From assembly GCA_963699545.1 (NCBI GenBank), contig CAVOUE010000003.1:224001-288000 (forward strand): a stretch of 64,000 nucleotides of DNA, written 5' to 3'. The position numbers were made by a program, and so were the translations under genes. The stretch is from Nitrospirota bacterium (GTDB lineage: Bacteria; Nitrospirota; Thermodesulfovibrionia; Thermodesulfovibrionales; UBA9159). Below the pieces are notes generated by a model. That model was given only the letters and a program-made list of their open reading frames with translations, was not told the DNA's origin and made no database searches. The stretch's first letter is position 1, and every line of letters begins with the position of its first letter. Positions 8,879 through 18,414 of this stretch are shown in pieces.

Positions 8879-11800
8879 CTATGCCTTCTCGATGTTGACG
8901 AGGAAGGACTTGAACTCCGGTGTCTGCACGTTGGCATCGCCCACGTACGGGGTCAGGGTGTTGGCGATGTAGCCGTTCTTGGCGATGCCTTTAAAGCCCC
9001 AGTGGATCGGGATGCCCACGTGATGCACGGTCTTGCCGTTCACCTGAAGCGGTATGATGCGCTTGGTCACCAACGCCTTCGCCTTGATGAAGCCACGTTT
9101 GGACCACACCTTGACCCAATCGCCGGCCTTGATGCCCTTTTCTTTGGCCAGCTCCTCGCCGATCTCCACGAACTGCTCGGGCTGCATGATGGACGACAGG
9201 TTTGTGTGCTTGGTCCAGAAGTGGAAGTGCTCGGTCAGGCGGTACGTGGTAGCCGCATAGGGGAAATCCTTGCTCTTGCCGAAGGCCTCCATGTTCCCCT
9301 TGAACACCCGCGCAGCCGGATTGCTGACCACTTTGGGATGGAGCGGATTGGTGTCGATCGGCGTCTCGAACGGCTCGTAGTGCTCGGGGAACGGCCCTTC
9401 CGCCATCTTGTCCACGGCGAACAGCCGCGCCACGCCTTCGGGATTCATGATGAACGGGTTCATGGGATCGCCGGGTGGCACGTCGGGCTTGAAGTCGGGA
9501 ATGTCCACCCCGGCCCATTTGCTGCCGTCCCAGCCGATGAGCTTGCGCTTCGGGTCCCACGGTTTTCCGGACGGGTCATTAGAAGCGCGGTTGTACAGAA
9601 CGCGCCGGTTGGCGGGCCAGGCGAACGCCCAGTTAAGCGTGTTGCCGAGGCCGGATGGATCGGAATTGTCCCGTCGCGCCATCAGGTTGCCCTTCTCCGT
9701 CCATGAACCGGAATAGATCCAACAGCCGCAGCTGGTGGAGCCGTCGTCCTGGAGCTGGGCAAAGCCATCCAGCTGCTGGCCTTTTTTCGGCATAACCTTT
9801 GTCTTGTCTTTGGGATCGACGAGGTCGGCCAGGGCTTTGCCGCTAAACTCCATTGCCAATTCCTCAGGAGTCGGCGAAAGCGGGATCTTATGGTTCCAGG
9901 TAATGTTCAGGATCGGATCAGGGAACACGCCCCCCTCTTTTTTGTAGAGCTCGCGCAGCTTAAGGAAGATGCCGGCAATGATATCCGCATCGGGCTTGGC
10001 TTCACCAGGCGGATTGGCGCCCTTGTAATGCCATTGCAGCCATCGGCCGCTGTTGGTGAGCGACCCATTCTCCTCGGCGAAACAGGTGGAAGGAAGACGG
10101 AAGACTTCGGTCTGGATCTTTGCGGGGTCCACGTCGTTGAGGTCTCCGTGGTTCTCCCAGAAGCACGAGGTTTCCGTGGCCAGCGGGTCGATCACGACCA
10201 TATATTTGAGCTTGGCCAGGGCACCGCCGATCTTGGCCTTGTTGGGGAAGGCGGCGAGCGGGTTGAAGCCCTGGCAGAAGTAGCCGTTCAGCTTGCCCTG
10301 ATGCATCAGCTCGAATGTCTGGAGCACGTCGTATACCTTGTCCAGCTTGGGCAGCCAGTCGAAGCACCAGTCATTCTTCTTCGTTGCGGCATCGCCGAAC
10401 CAGGCCTTCATCAGGCTGACGTGGAACTTGCCGTAGTTCTGCCAATAGGACATCTGGCCCGGCCGCAGGGGCTTCAAGGCCCGCTTGCTGATGTAGGCCT
10501 GGTAGTCCGTTTCCTTTTCACCGGGCAGAGTCATATACCCGGGCAGGAGGTTCGACAGGAGGCCCAGGTCGGTAAGGCCCTGGATATTGGAGTGGCCACG
10601 CAGGGCATTCATGCCGCCGCCTGACATGCCGATATTGCCGAGCAGAAGCTGCATCATGGCCGCAGTGCGGATCATCTGCGATCCCACCGAGTGCTGGGTC
10701 CAGCCCAGGGCGTACATGATGGTAAGCGTCCTGTCCGGCACGGACGTGGTGGCGATATTCTCGCACACCTTGATGAAGGTATCCTTGGGCGTGCCGCAGA
10801 TATTGCTCACCGCCTCCGGCGTGTACCGGGCATAGTGTTTCATGAGCAACTGGAACACGCATCGGTGATGTTTCAGTGTGGGATCCACCTTGGCAAAGCC
10901 GTCCTGCCCCATCTCGTACATCCAACTTGCCTTGTCGTATGAACGCTTGTCAGGGAGGTATCCGGAGAACAGTCCGTCATCGAAATTGAAATCCTCGCGC
11001 ACGATGAAGCTTGCGTCTGTGTAAGCCTTGACGTATTCGTGCTGGATCTTGTCGTGCGTGAGAAGGTAGTTGACCAACCCGCCCAGAAAAGCGATGTCCG
11101 TGCCTGCTCGGAGCGGGGCATAGAGGTCCGCCACCGCTGCCGAACGGGTGAAGCGTGGGTCCACCACAATGAACGTGGCCTTATTGTGGGCCTTGGCCTC
11201 GGTCACCCATTTAAATCCGCAGGGGTGGGCCTCGGCGGCGTTTCCGCCCATGACGAGAATGACGTTCGCGTTCTTGATGTCAACCCAGTGGTTGGTCATC
11301 GCGCCGCGGCCGAACGTGGGGGCCAGACTGGCCACCGTGGGTCCGTGTCAGACCCGCGCCTGATTGTCGAATGCGAGGATGCCGGTGCTGCGTACCGCCT
11401 TGTGGGTGATGTAGCCGGTTTCGTTGCTGGAAGCCGAGGCCGCAAGGAATCCAGTGGTCAGCCAGCGGTTGACCGAGGCGCCCTCCGCGTTCTTTTCGAT
11501 GAAGTTCTTGTCCCGGTCGTCCTTCATCAGGCGGGCAATCTTGCTGAAGACCTCGTCCCAGGAAATGCGCTTCCATTCATTCGTTCCGGGGGCGCGGTAC
11601 TCCGGATACTTGAGCCGGTTCGGGCTGTGAATGAAGTCCACCAGGGAGGCGCCTTTGGGGCAGAGTGTGCCGCGGTTCACCGGATGGTCCGGGTCGCCCT
11701 CGATGTGGAAGATGGACGATTCGGCGTTTTTCGCCTTGTCCCCCAGGCTGTGCATGATCACACCACAGCTCACCGAGCAGTAAGGGCAGGTGTTGCGGGT

Positions 11801-11935
11801 CTCGGTACTGCGGGCCAGCTTGAACTCGCGCACCTCCGCCAACGCATCGCCGGGCGAAAAGCCAAGGGCCGCAACACTGGATGTCGCCATTCCACCGGCA
11901 CAAACCTTGAAAAACTGTCTCCGTGTCACCTTCAT
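8879..11935 (-). CDS. fdnG: Formate dehydrogenase alpha subunit, selenocysteine-containing (in-frame TGA 11348-11350, residue 196)
   Basis: Tat signal [15 protein letters not shown] Fe-S motif; [29 protein letters not shown] joins the 195-aa and 818-aa ORFs in one frame (1018 aa). Confidence 0.95.
11315..11350 (-). promoter_or_regulatory. Bacterial SECIS element after the Sec codon
   Basis: TGA CACGGACCCAC GG-T-GGCC-AGTCT-GGCC-CC: bulged-U stem and GU-containing loop as in enterobacterial fdnG/fdhF SECIS. Confidence 0.8.
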
Positions 11936-11984
11936 TTATATATATACCTCCTTGGTTTGCATGAATTGTTCGGGGAAGAGAATG

Positions 11985-12103
11985 TTTGCCCTTGCCGTCC
12001 GGCATGTCCTGATACTGGTTGAAGGTGGCGTCACGGGTCTGCTGTACCAGTTCGGCGATCCGCCGGAAGAAACTTTTAAGAACTGCCGACGGGTGATTTC
12101 CAT
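11985..12103 (-). pseudogene. Deleted relic of a second formate dehydrogenase alpha gene
   Basis: AAGGAGG upstream of MEITRRQFLKVSSGG (Tat signal), fused out of frame to IAELVQQTRDATFNQYQDMPDGKGK, which aligns with Fdn[14 protein letters not shown]. Confidence 0.65.
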
Positions 12104-12157
12104 TCGAGAAATGTTTCCTCCTTTCACCAGCGGCTATCCTGCATCCCTTGTAAGAAC

Positions 12158-12186
12158 AGAGTAGAACAGATTCTGCCGTTTGTCAA
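12158..12186 (-). promoter_or_regulatory. Sigma70-type promoter for relic plus fdnGHI-fdhE
   Basis: TTGACA-17 nt-TACTCT on the minus strand. Confidence 0.6.
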
Positions 12187-12308
12187 GAAGAAGCCGGATC
12201 CATACCGTGCAAGATCTCACTGCCGGCTTCAGATACGTATCGCACGAAGTAATCCTGGAGGGATTTGCCACGGGAAAGGATGCTCACCGGGTGAAAGGTC
12301 TTCCCCGC

Positions 12309-13046
12309 TTACCGGGTCTTGACCCCGCTGTAGATCGTCGCGATGCCCATAGACAGGGAGAGGGCCGTCAGTTCCGTAAAACCGCATCCCCGCATCATCC
12401 CCTGAAATTCCTCAGGCGGGTAAAACGCCTCAATCGACTTCGGCAGATAGGTGTAGGGAAGGGAATTCTTTGTAACGATCTTTGCGATGAACGGCATGAT
12501 CTTGAAGGTATACAATTTGTAGAGAGGCACGACCACGGGATTCTTTGGTCTTGTAAGCTCAAGGCAGTAGAATCTTCCCCCGGGTTTTAGAACCCGCCTT
12601 ACCTCTCTGAGGGCAGCCGCGGTGTCGGGGACATTCCGCAAGCCGAAGGAGACCGTGACCGCATCGAAGGTGTTATCGGGAAAACCAAGCTCCCTCGCAT
12701 CGGCAAGGACAAAGGAGAGGTTTTTGGGCATCGGGCTCAGCTTCTTCCTCGCGATCTCGAGCATATCCTCACAGAAGTCGGCTCCGGTGAGTGAGCCTTC
12801 GGGACCGACCTTCTTCAGAAGCAACTTCGCCAGTTCCCCTGTGCCGGTGCAAACATCAAGAACGTTTTCTCCTCTCCTGATCCGGTCCCTCACTTTCCTC
12901 CGCCAGAGATGACACAGTCCGAAGCTGAATGCGGTGTCCAGGGGATCGATATAAGGAGCCACAATCGAGAAAACGTCCTTTACAAGGCTCGCTCTCTGCT
13001 CGTGTGGCAAATCAGATAGTGGTGGCGTCGACTGGCGGTCATTCAT
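12309..13046 (-). CDS. ubiE: Ubiquinone/menaquinone C-methyltransferase UbiE/MenG
   Basis: VLDVCTGTG, FPDNTFDAVTVSFGLRNV, RVLKPGG, YTYLPKSIEAF. Confidence 0.85.
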   Translation of the reverse strand: MNDRQSTPPLSDLPHEQRASLVKDVFSIVAPYIDPLDTAFSFGLCHLWRRKVRDRIRRGENVLDVCTGTGELAKLLLKKVGPEGSLTGADFCEDMLEIARKKLSPMPKNLSFVLADARELGFPDNTFDAVTVSFGLRNVPDTAAALREVRRVLKPGGRFYCLELTRPKNPVVVPLYKLYTFKIMPFIAKIVTKNSLPYTYLPKSIEAFYPPEEFQGMMRGCGFTELTALSLSMGIATIYSGVKTR

Positions 13047-13131
13047 ATAGTTCAGGTGTGACCGTGCTTCCGCAATACTCTTAACTTTGTCAAATCTGTC
13101 TCTTTTTTGTCAAGGAATGCTTACCGATCCG

Positions 13132-13506
13132 TCATGATCTTTCGATCCTGATCCTTGTCGCACCCTTCGCCTTTCTCAGGAGCGTCGGATCGCCCGTTAT
13201 CCTCCCCACAAGGTTCACCTCGCTTGCGGGGACCGGCTCAGGCCCTCTGCTCATCGGGGTCGGGCCGAAGAAAACGGCAAGGGCATTTCCCGGCGGCCAG
13301 TATCCAATGTCGCCCACGGCAACCTTTGTCGTTGCACTTCCGTCAAGGGGCATCTTTACGGGGATCTCAAAGTAGAATTCGTCGCCCCATTCGTTCGGTA
13401 TTGTCTCGATGGGGAGGGCGGCGGCGACCGCCCTTGCACAGGGCGTATTGAAGAGCTCTCCATCCAGCGCACGATCACCTATGACTATCTTTATCGGTGT
13501 CGGCAT
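13132..13506 (-). CDS. Cyclophilin-like fold protein (DUF369 type)
   Basis: ALPIE...WGDEFYF...GDIGYWPPGNALAVFFGPTP...PASEVNLVG. Confidence 0.8.
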   Translation of the reverse strand: MPTPIKIVIGDRALDGELFNTPCARAVAAALPIETIPNEWGDEFYFEIPVKMPLDGSATTKVAVGDIGYWPPGNALAVFFGPTPMSRGPEPVPASEVNLVGRITGDPTLLRKAKGATRIRIERS

Positions 13507-13519
13507 TCGTTTCCCTTTT

Positions 13520-15035
13520 TCACCCTGTGATACTCCTTATCCCTTCCTTTATCACCTTCAGCAGTTGCTCGAGATTCTCAAGGCTGATCGAAAGCGGCGG
13601 CATGATCACGACGACATTTCCGAGGGGTCTGATGAAAACTCCGTGGTCCCTCGCATAGTACGCAACACGCCACCCCATCTTTTCTTCCCATGGATAAGGC
13701 TCCTTTGTGGATTTACTCTTAACGAGCTCGATACCCGCCATCATCCCCTTGTTTCGGACATCTCCCACATGCCCGAGTTTCGCCACATCTCTCAGGAAGG
13801 ATTCGAGCATCCCGATCTTCGGCCCGAGTCCCTCCAGGGTATTCTCCTTCTCGAAGATATCCAGGCACGCCAGGGCTGCGGCGCAGCCAAGAGGATTGCC
13901 GGTGTATGAATGGCCGTGGAAGAAGGTCTTGAGATCTTTGAAATCACCGAGAAAAGAATGATAGATCTCTTCCGTCGCCACGGTCGCCGCAAGGGGAAGA
14001 TACCCGCCGGTAAGTCCCTTTGACAGACAGATTATATCCGGCATGACTCCTTCTTGTTCGCATGCGAACATGGTGCCGGTCCTCCCGAAACCTGTTGCCA
14101 CCTCATCGGCGATCATCAGCACATCGTATTTCGTACATAATTCCCTCACTCCCTTGAGATATCCCGGGGGAGAGACGATCATGCCGCCCGCAGCCTGGAC
14201 AAGAGGCTCGATGATCACTGCCGCAATTTCCCCTGACTTCTCCCTGAGCATCTCATCCATCGTCCCGAGGCATTTGAGTTTGCAGTCAGGATAGGCTGCC
14301 TCCAGTTCACAGCGGTAGCAGTAGGGTGACGGGGCTTTATGCGTCTTGAAAAGGAGAGGTCCGAAGACCTTATGGTAGATATCAATCCCCCCGACACTTA
14401 CCGCGCCGAGGGTATCGCCGTGGTAGCCGTTTTTCAGAGAGAGAAAAGAGACCTTTCCCTCTTCGCCCCTGTGGGTCCAGTATTGAAATGCCATCTTGAG
14501 CGCAACCTCGACAGCGGTAGAGCCATTGTCGGAATAAAAGACCTTGCTCGGGGGCAAGGGGTAAGGGGCAAGGGGTGACTGCCGCCTACTGCCTGCTGAT
14601 AACGAGCTGGGGACTGTCCCAGACCTGCCTACCGGACAGGCAGGCCCGCCTGCCGGACGGGCAGGTTTACGGACGGAGTTCAGCGAAGTCGTAGAATCGG
14701 GACTGTCCCCTCCGGGCATGATCTTAGCAAGCCTCTCCGCCAGTTGTATGGCTGGGACATTGCTCAAGCCGAGCATGGTGCTGTGAGCGATGTGATCCAG
14801 CTGCTCCCGGATGGCATCGTCGATCTCCCTTTTCCTGTGTCCGTGGATGTTCACCCACAGGGAGGAGGACGCCGTCCAGATACCAGTTCCCATAAATATC
14901 CCTGAGGAAACAGTCGCGCCCTTCTGCGATAATGAGCGGCTTTTCGTCCAGCCAGTCCTTCATCTGTGTGAAGGGATGCCAGACGTATCTCTTGTCTAGT
15001 TCTTCAAGATGACTGTTTTCCTCAGAGGTCCCCAT
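13520..15035 (-). CDS. bioA: DAPA aminotransferase BioA; frameshift near 14866 and ~50-aa in-frame insertion
   Basis: VWHPFTQM, YLDG(VSSLWVNIHGH), SDNGSTAVEVALK, GYHGDT, IADEVATGFGRTG, SKGLTGGYLP, FFHGHSYTGNP. Confidence 0.9.
14551..14710. repeat. Nested palindromic and heptamer repeats inside bioA
   Basis: AAGGGG(C/T) heptamers 14551-14575; element 14609-14710 bounded by GGGACTGTCCC and containing two 21-bp palindromes (14624-14644, 14645-14665). Confidence 0.85.
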
Positions 15036-15213
15036 ACTTAATCCAGAAGGAGAGAGACTGCTCTATAATATCACAAAAAGGGGAGGTGCCATGGCCCTTT
15101 GAGAAACTGTACCCGGGGTCGATGGCTCACCACATAGGGTGCAGTGAAACCGAACTGGTCTTGACCCACCGATGGTTTTGCCGAAGTGGACTATTGTACA
15201 GTTTCGAAAAGGG

Positions 15214-15792
15214 TTATGGCACCTCAGGCGCAACGAGATATTTCTTTGCCATCTCGATGAACCCGAGTATCTTAAGGTCAATAAGGTTTCCCTCTTCTGA
15301 AAGACGGGAAAGCGTCCCGTGAACGGCATCAACAGACACCTTCATGACCTCGATGTCTTCAGTCTCATCCCTCTGTCCAACACCTTTGAATTCGAGTCCC
15401 GTGGCGAGATAGACCGTCATGATCTCCCGTGACGACCCGCTGGAAAGGGGGCCCCTGGCCAGAAAGATCATCTCCTTCGCTTCATATCCTGTCTCTTCAA
15501 GGAGTTCTCTTGATGCAGCCTTTTCACTGCTTTCACCCCTGTCATTCAGCCCCGCGGGAAATTCGACCACGTAGTTATCCAGCGGCGGCCTGTACTGTCT
15601 TATCAGGATCATCTCTCCTTCGCGGGTAACCGGAACAATGGCAACGATGCCCTCACAGTTCACCCGCTCCACCGCCTCCCACTGCCTCAGAACACCTCCG
15701 GGATCCCTGTAGGTGAGTCTAAGGCAGCGGAGGAACTTGCCTTCCCAGAGGATCTCTTTGCTCACGACCTCATATTCTTTCATCTTCTCCAT
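15214..15792 (-). CDS. NUDIX hydrolase (ADP-ribose pyrophosphatase-like)
   Basis: RQYRPP...EFPAGLNDRGESSEKAASRELLEETGY Nudix box. Confidence 0.9.
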   Translation of the reverse strand: MEKMKEYEVVSKEILWEGKFLRCLRLTYRDPGGVLRQWEAVERVNCEGIVAIVPVTREGEMILIRQYRPPLDNYVVEFPAGLNDRGESSEKAASRELLEETGYEAKEMIFLARGPLSSGSSREIMTVYLATGLEFKGVGQRDETEDIEVMKVSVDAVHGTLSRLSEEGNLIDLKILGFIEMAKKYLVAPEVP

Positions 15793-15926
15793 ATCTCCTC
15801 TGTTTCACAACCCCGCTTAACCGCCCGCACCATTAGGAAACATATCACTGTATACGTCACGGAGCTGATCTTCAGTGTCGTAACTATTCCTTGCATTTAT
15901 AAAGCGCTTCCTTGAATAACAGGCCC

Positions 15927-15942
15927 TATGACCTAAATCATA
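15927..15942. promoter_or_regulatory. Crp/Fnr-family-like palindrome upstream of norC
   Basis: TATGACCTAAATCATA; same motif at 19729 and 19838. Confidence 0.65.
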
Positions 15943-16010
15943 GAGAACTTCCTCTGTTTTTTCAATAATGGTAACAGACCAGTATGACTGGAAAATCGAG
16001 GGAGGTGTGT

Positions 16011-16685
16011 ATGAGTAACAAAGCCGCAAGAAATCTCTTTATCATCGGCAGTCTCTTCTTCTTCGTGATCTTTCTTGCCCTCACGTTTGACACCATGGGG
16101 AAACTGGACAAGAGGGCCCCGGAGATCACTGAAGAAGTGAATGCCGGCAAGATGGTCTGGCACAAGTATGACTGCATCGGTTGCCATACCATTTTCGGGA
16201 ATGGTTCATATTTCGCGCCCGACCTGACAAAGACCGTCGAGAAGAAACCAAAGGGATACCTGAAGCAGTTCCTGATGGATCCAAAGGCCGTCAACCCGAA
16301 GGCGGCGATGCCGAAATTCGGGATCACGTCAGAGGAAGCCGATCAACCTGATCGCTTTTCTTGACTGGACCTCAAAGGTGGACACGAACGGCTGGCCGCC
16401 AAAGCCGATCCTCGCCACCGCAGCAGGTGTGGGCGGGAAGGAACTTTCCGCGGGACAAAAGATATATCAGTCACAGGGGTGCTCAGGCTGCCACATGATC
16501 AACGGCATCGGCGGTACCACCGGCCCTGACCTCGCCGGAGTCGGGAGCAGACATGACAGGAAGTGGCTCCGTGAACATTTTAAGGACCCCAAAAAAGTGG
16601 TGACCAACTCCGCTATGCCGGGGTATAAACATCTGGGCGATCAGGCATTGGACACTTGACCGAATACATGCTTACCCTTAAATGA
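16011..16685 (+). CDS. norC: Nitric oxide reductase cytochrome c subunit, two heme-c motifs; frameshifts near 16344 and 16655
   Basis: ARNLFIIGS TM anchor, GKMVWHKYDCIGCHTIFGNGSYFAPDLT, DTNGWPP, then second CSGCH...GPDL...MP domain. Confidence 0.85.
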
Positions 16686-16688
16686 ATG

Positions 16689-16785
16689 GCGAGCGTATTG
16701 CCCCGCAGCTTACTGCTGGGCAAGCGAGCGTATGTGGAAACAATTCCTTGCATTAAGATTCCTGTAGCTTGCTGCAGGAAATCTT
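16689..16785. repeat. Two related intergenic hairpins between norC and norB
   Basis: TTGCCCCGCAG-CTTA-CTGCTGGGCAA flanked by direct repeats GCGAGCGTAT; AAGATTCCTGTAGC-TT-GCTGCAGGAAATCTT. Confidence 0.6.
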
Positions 16786-16803
16786 CAATAGGAGGTTGGA
16801 GAA

Positions 16804-18199
16804 ATGAGTATACAATATGAAAGCCAAAAGATAGCGCAGTATTTTTACACCTTTGCTGTGCTCCTCTTCCTGGTCCAGGTGCTGGTCGGCATCATCGCGG
16901 CCATCCAGTTCATCAGGCCCGATTTCTTCATCCTGAACTTCAACATCATCAGGACGCTCCACATCAACGCCCTCGTGGTCTGGCTGCTCGTCGGGCTCAT
17001 GGGCGCGACCTACTATGTGGTCCCTGAGGAATCGGAGACCGAGTTGTGGAGCCTTCCCCTTGCAAAGTTCCAGTTCTGGGCAACGGTCGTTACCATCACG
17101 CTCGTCGTCCTCGGTTACATCTGGATGGGCATCAATCCCGCAGGCGAACAGACCGTGTGCTGGGCATTAACCCCCTGAATGAAGGCCGGGAATATATCGA
17201 GGCCCCGCGCTGGGCAGATATCCTCATCGTGGTCTCGGTGCTCCTGTTCCTCTTCAACATGTTCATGACCATGATGAAGACAAAGAAGTGGACCGGCATC
17301 CAGGGCGTGCTCCTCGGCGGTCTCGTGTTCCTGGCGCTCATGTATCTGCCGGGCATGTTCTACACAAAGAGCATGGTAAAGGACCAGTTCTGGTGGTGGT
17401 GGGTGGTCCATCTCTGGGTCGAAGGCTCCTGGGAGATCATCGCCGGCGCGCTCCTTGCCTTCATGCTGATGAAGACCATCGGCGCAAAGCGGGAAGTGCT
17501 TGAGAAGTGGATGTACATCGAGGTCGGCCTCGTCCTCTTCACCGGCATCCTCGGCACAGGCCATCACTACTACTGGATCGGGACACCCAAGTACTGGCTC
17601 TGGGTCGGCGGCATTCTTCAGTTCACTTGAACCCGTCCCGCTGCTCCTCATGGTCTGGGACGCCTTCAGGACCACACGGGAGGCAAGGAACGTGACGAAC
17701 AAGCCGGGACTTTTCTACACCGTGGCCCATGCGATCTTCAACTTTGTCGGCGCGGGGTTCTGGGGCATCATCCATACCCTGCCCCAGGTGAATCAATGGA
17801 CCCACGGCACGCAGATCACCACGGCCCACGGCCATCTCGCATTCTACGGCGCCTATGTCCTGCTTGTGATCTCCATGATCTACGTGACACTGCCGGCGAT
17901 CCGAGGCGTGAAGGAGTACAATCCCGTCAAGGGCGTATCTGTCGTTCTGGTGGATGACCATCTCCATGGTCTTCATCGTCCTGACCATCACCGGCGCAGG
18001 CATGGTCCAGGTCTATATGGAAAGGCTCATGGGGCTTGACTACGTAGCGGTGAAGACGACCTACAACCTCTGGTTCTGGATATTGAGGGCGATCTTCGGC
18101 GTGGGCTTCCTCATCGGTGTCGGGATCTTTGTCGTGGATTTCTTCAAGCTGGGCAAAGAGCCGATGCCTGTGGCGAGCGTAGCGCCCGAAAAAGCGTAA
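16804..18199 (+). CDS. norB: Nitric oxide reductase catalytic subunit (cNOR); frameshifts near 17157, 17615, 17925
   Basis: RTLHIN, EGREYIE, WWVVHLWVEGSWE, GTGHHYYWIG, SSLEPVP, HTLPQVNQWTHGTQITTAHGHLAFYG across four partial ORFs. Confidence 0.92.
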
Positions 18200-18220
18200 C
18201 TTGGACAATTCATAAATTCG

Positions 18221-18377
18221 GGGAGAGGTGTCCGGCTTGAAGGGCAAGACTTCGGGTTATGTGCCGGTCCGCAAGAGCGGACCGTGACAATACATGGGAA
18301 CAGACTGCTCTTAGGTGCACAGACCTTGGCATAGTCGAGAAGGGCTATTGTCTTGCCGAGAGACGGATACCTCTCCC
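18221..18377 (+). ncRNA. Candidate structured ncRNA or non-autonomous element, copy 1
   Basis: Nested stems GGGAGAGGTGTCCG/CGGATACCTCTCCC, GGCAAGAC/GTCTTGCC, TGTGCC/GGCATA and hairpin GGTCCGC-AAGA-GCGGACC; diverged second copy near 56.3 kb. Strand is assumed. Confidence 0.55.
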
Positions 18378-18414
18378 GGGAAAAAGAGACTCGTGAATAG
18401 TATATAATGTTGCC

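Noticed and set aside
8022-12022. Long plus-strand ORFs over the fdn operon
   Set aside because: Antisense frames typical of GC-rich codon usage; no motifs.
14609-14710. CRISPR mini-array or intein in bioA
   Set aside because: Repeats are 11-21 bp without regular spacers, no cas genes, and no intein terminal motifs.
16011-18199. norCB as pseudogenes or programmed frameshifts
   Set aside because: Catalytic His and Glu motifs are intact, there are no slippery sites, and the same indel pattern occurs across the window.
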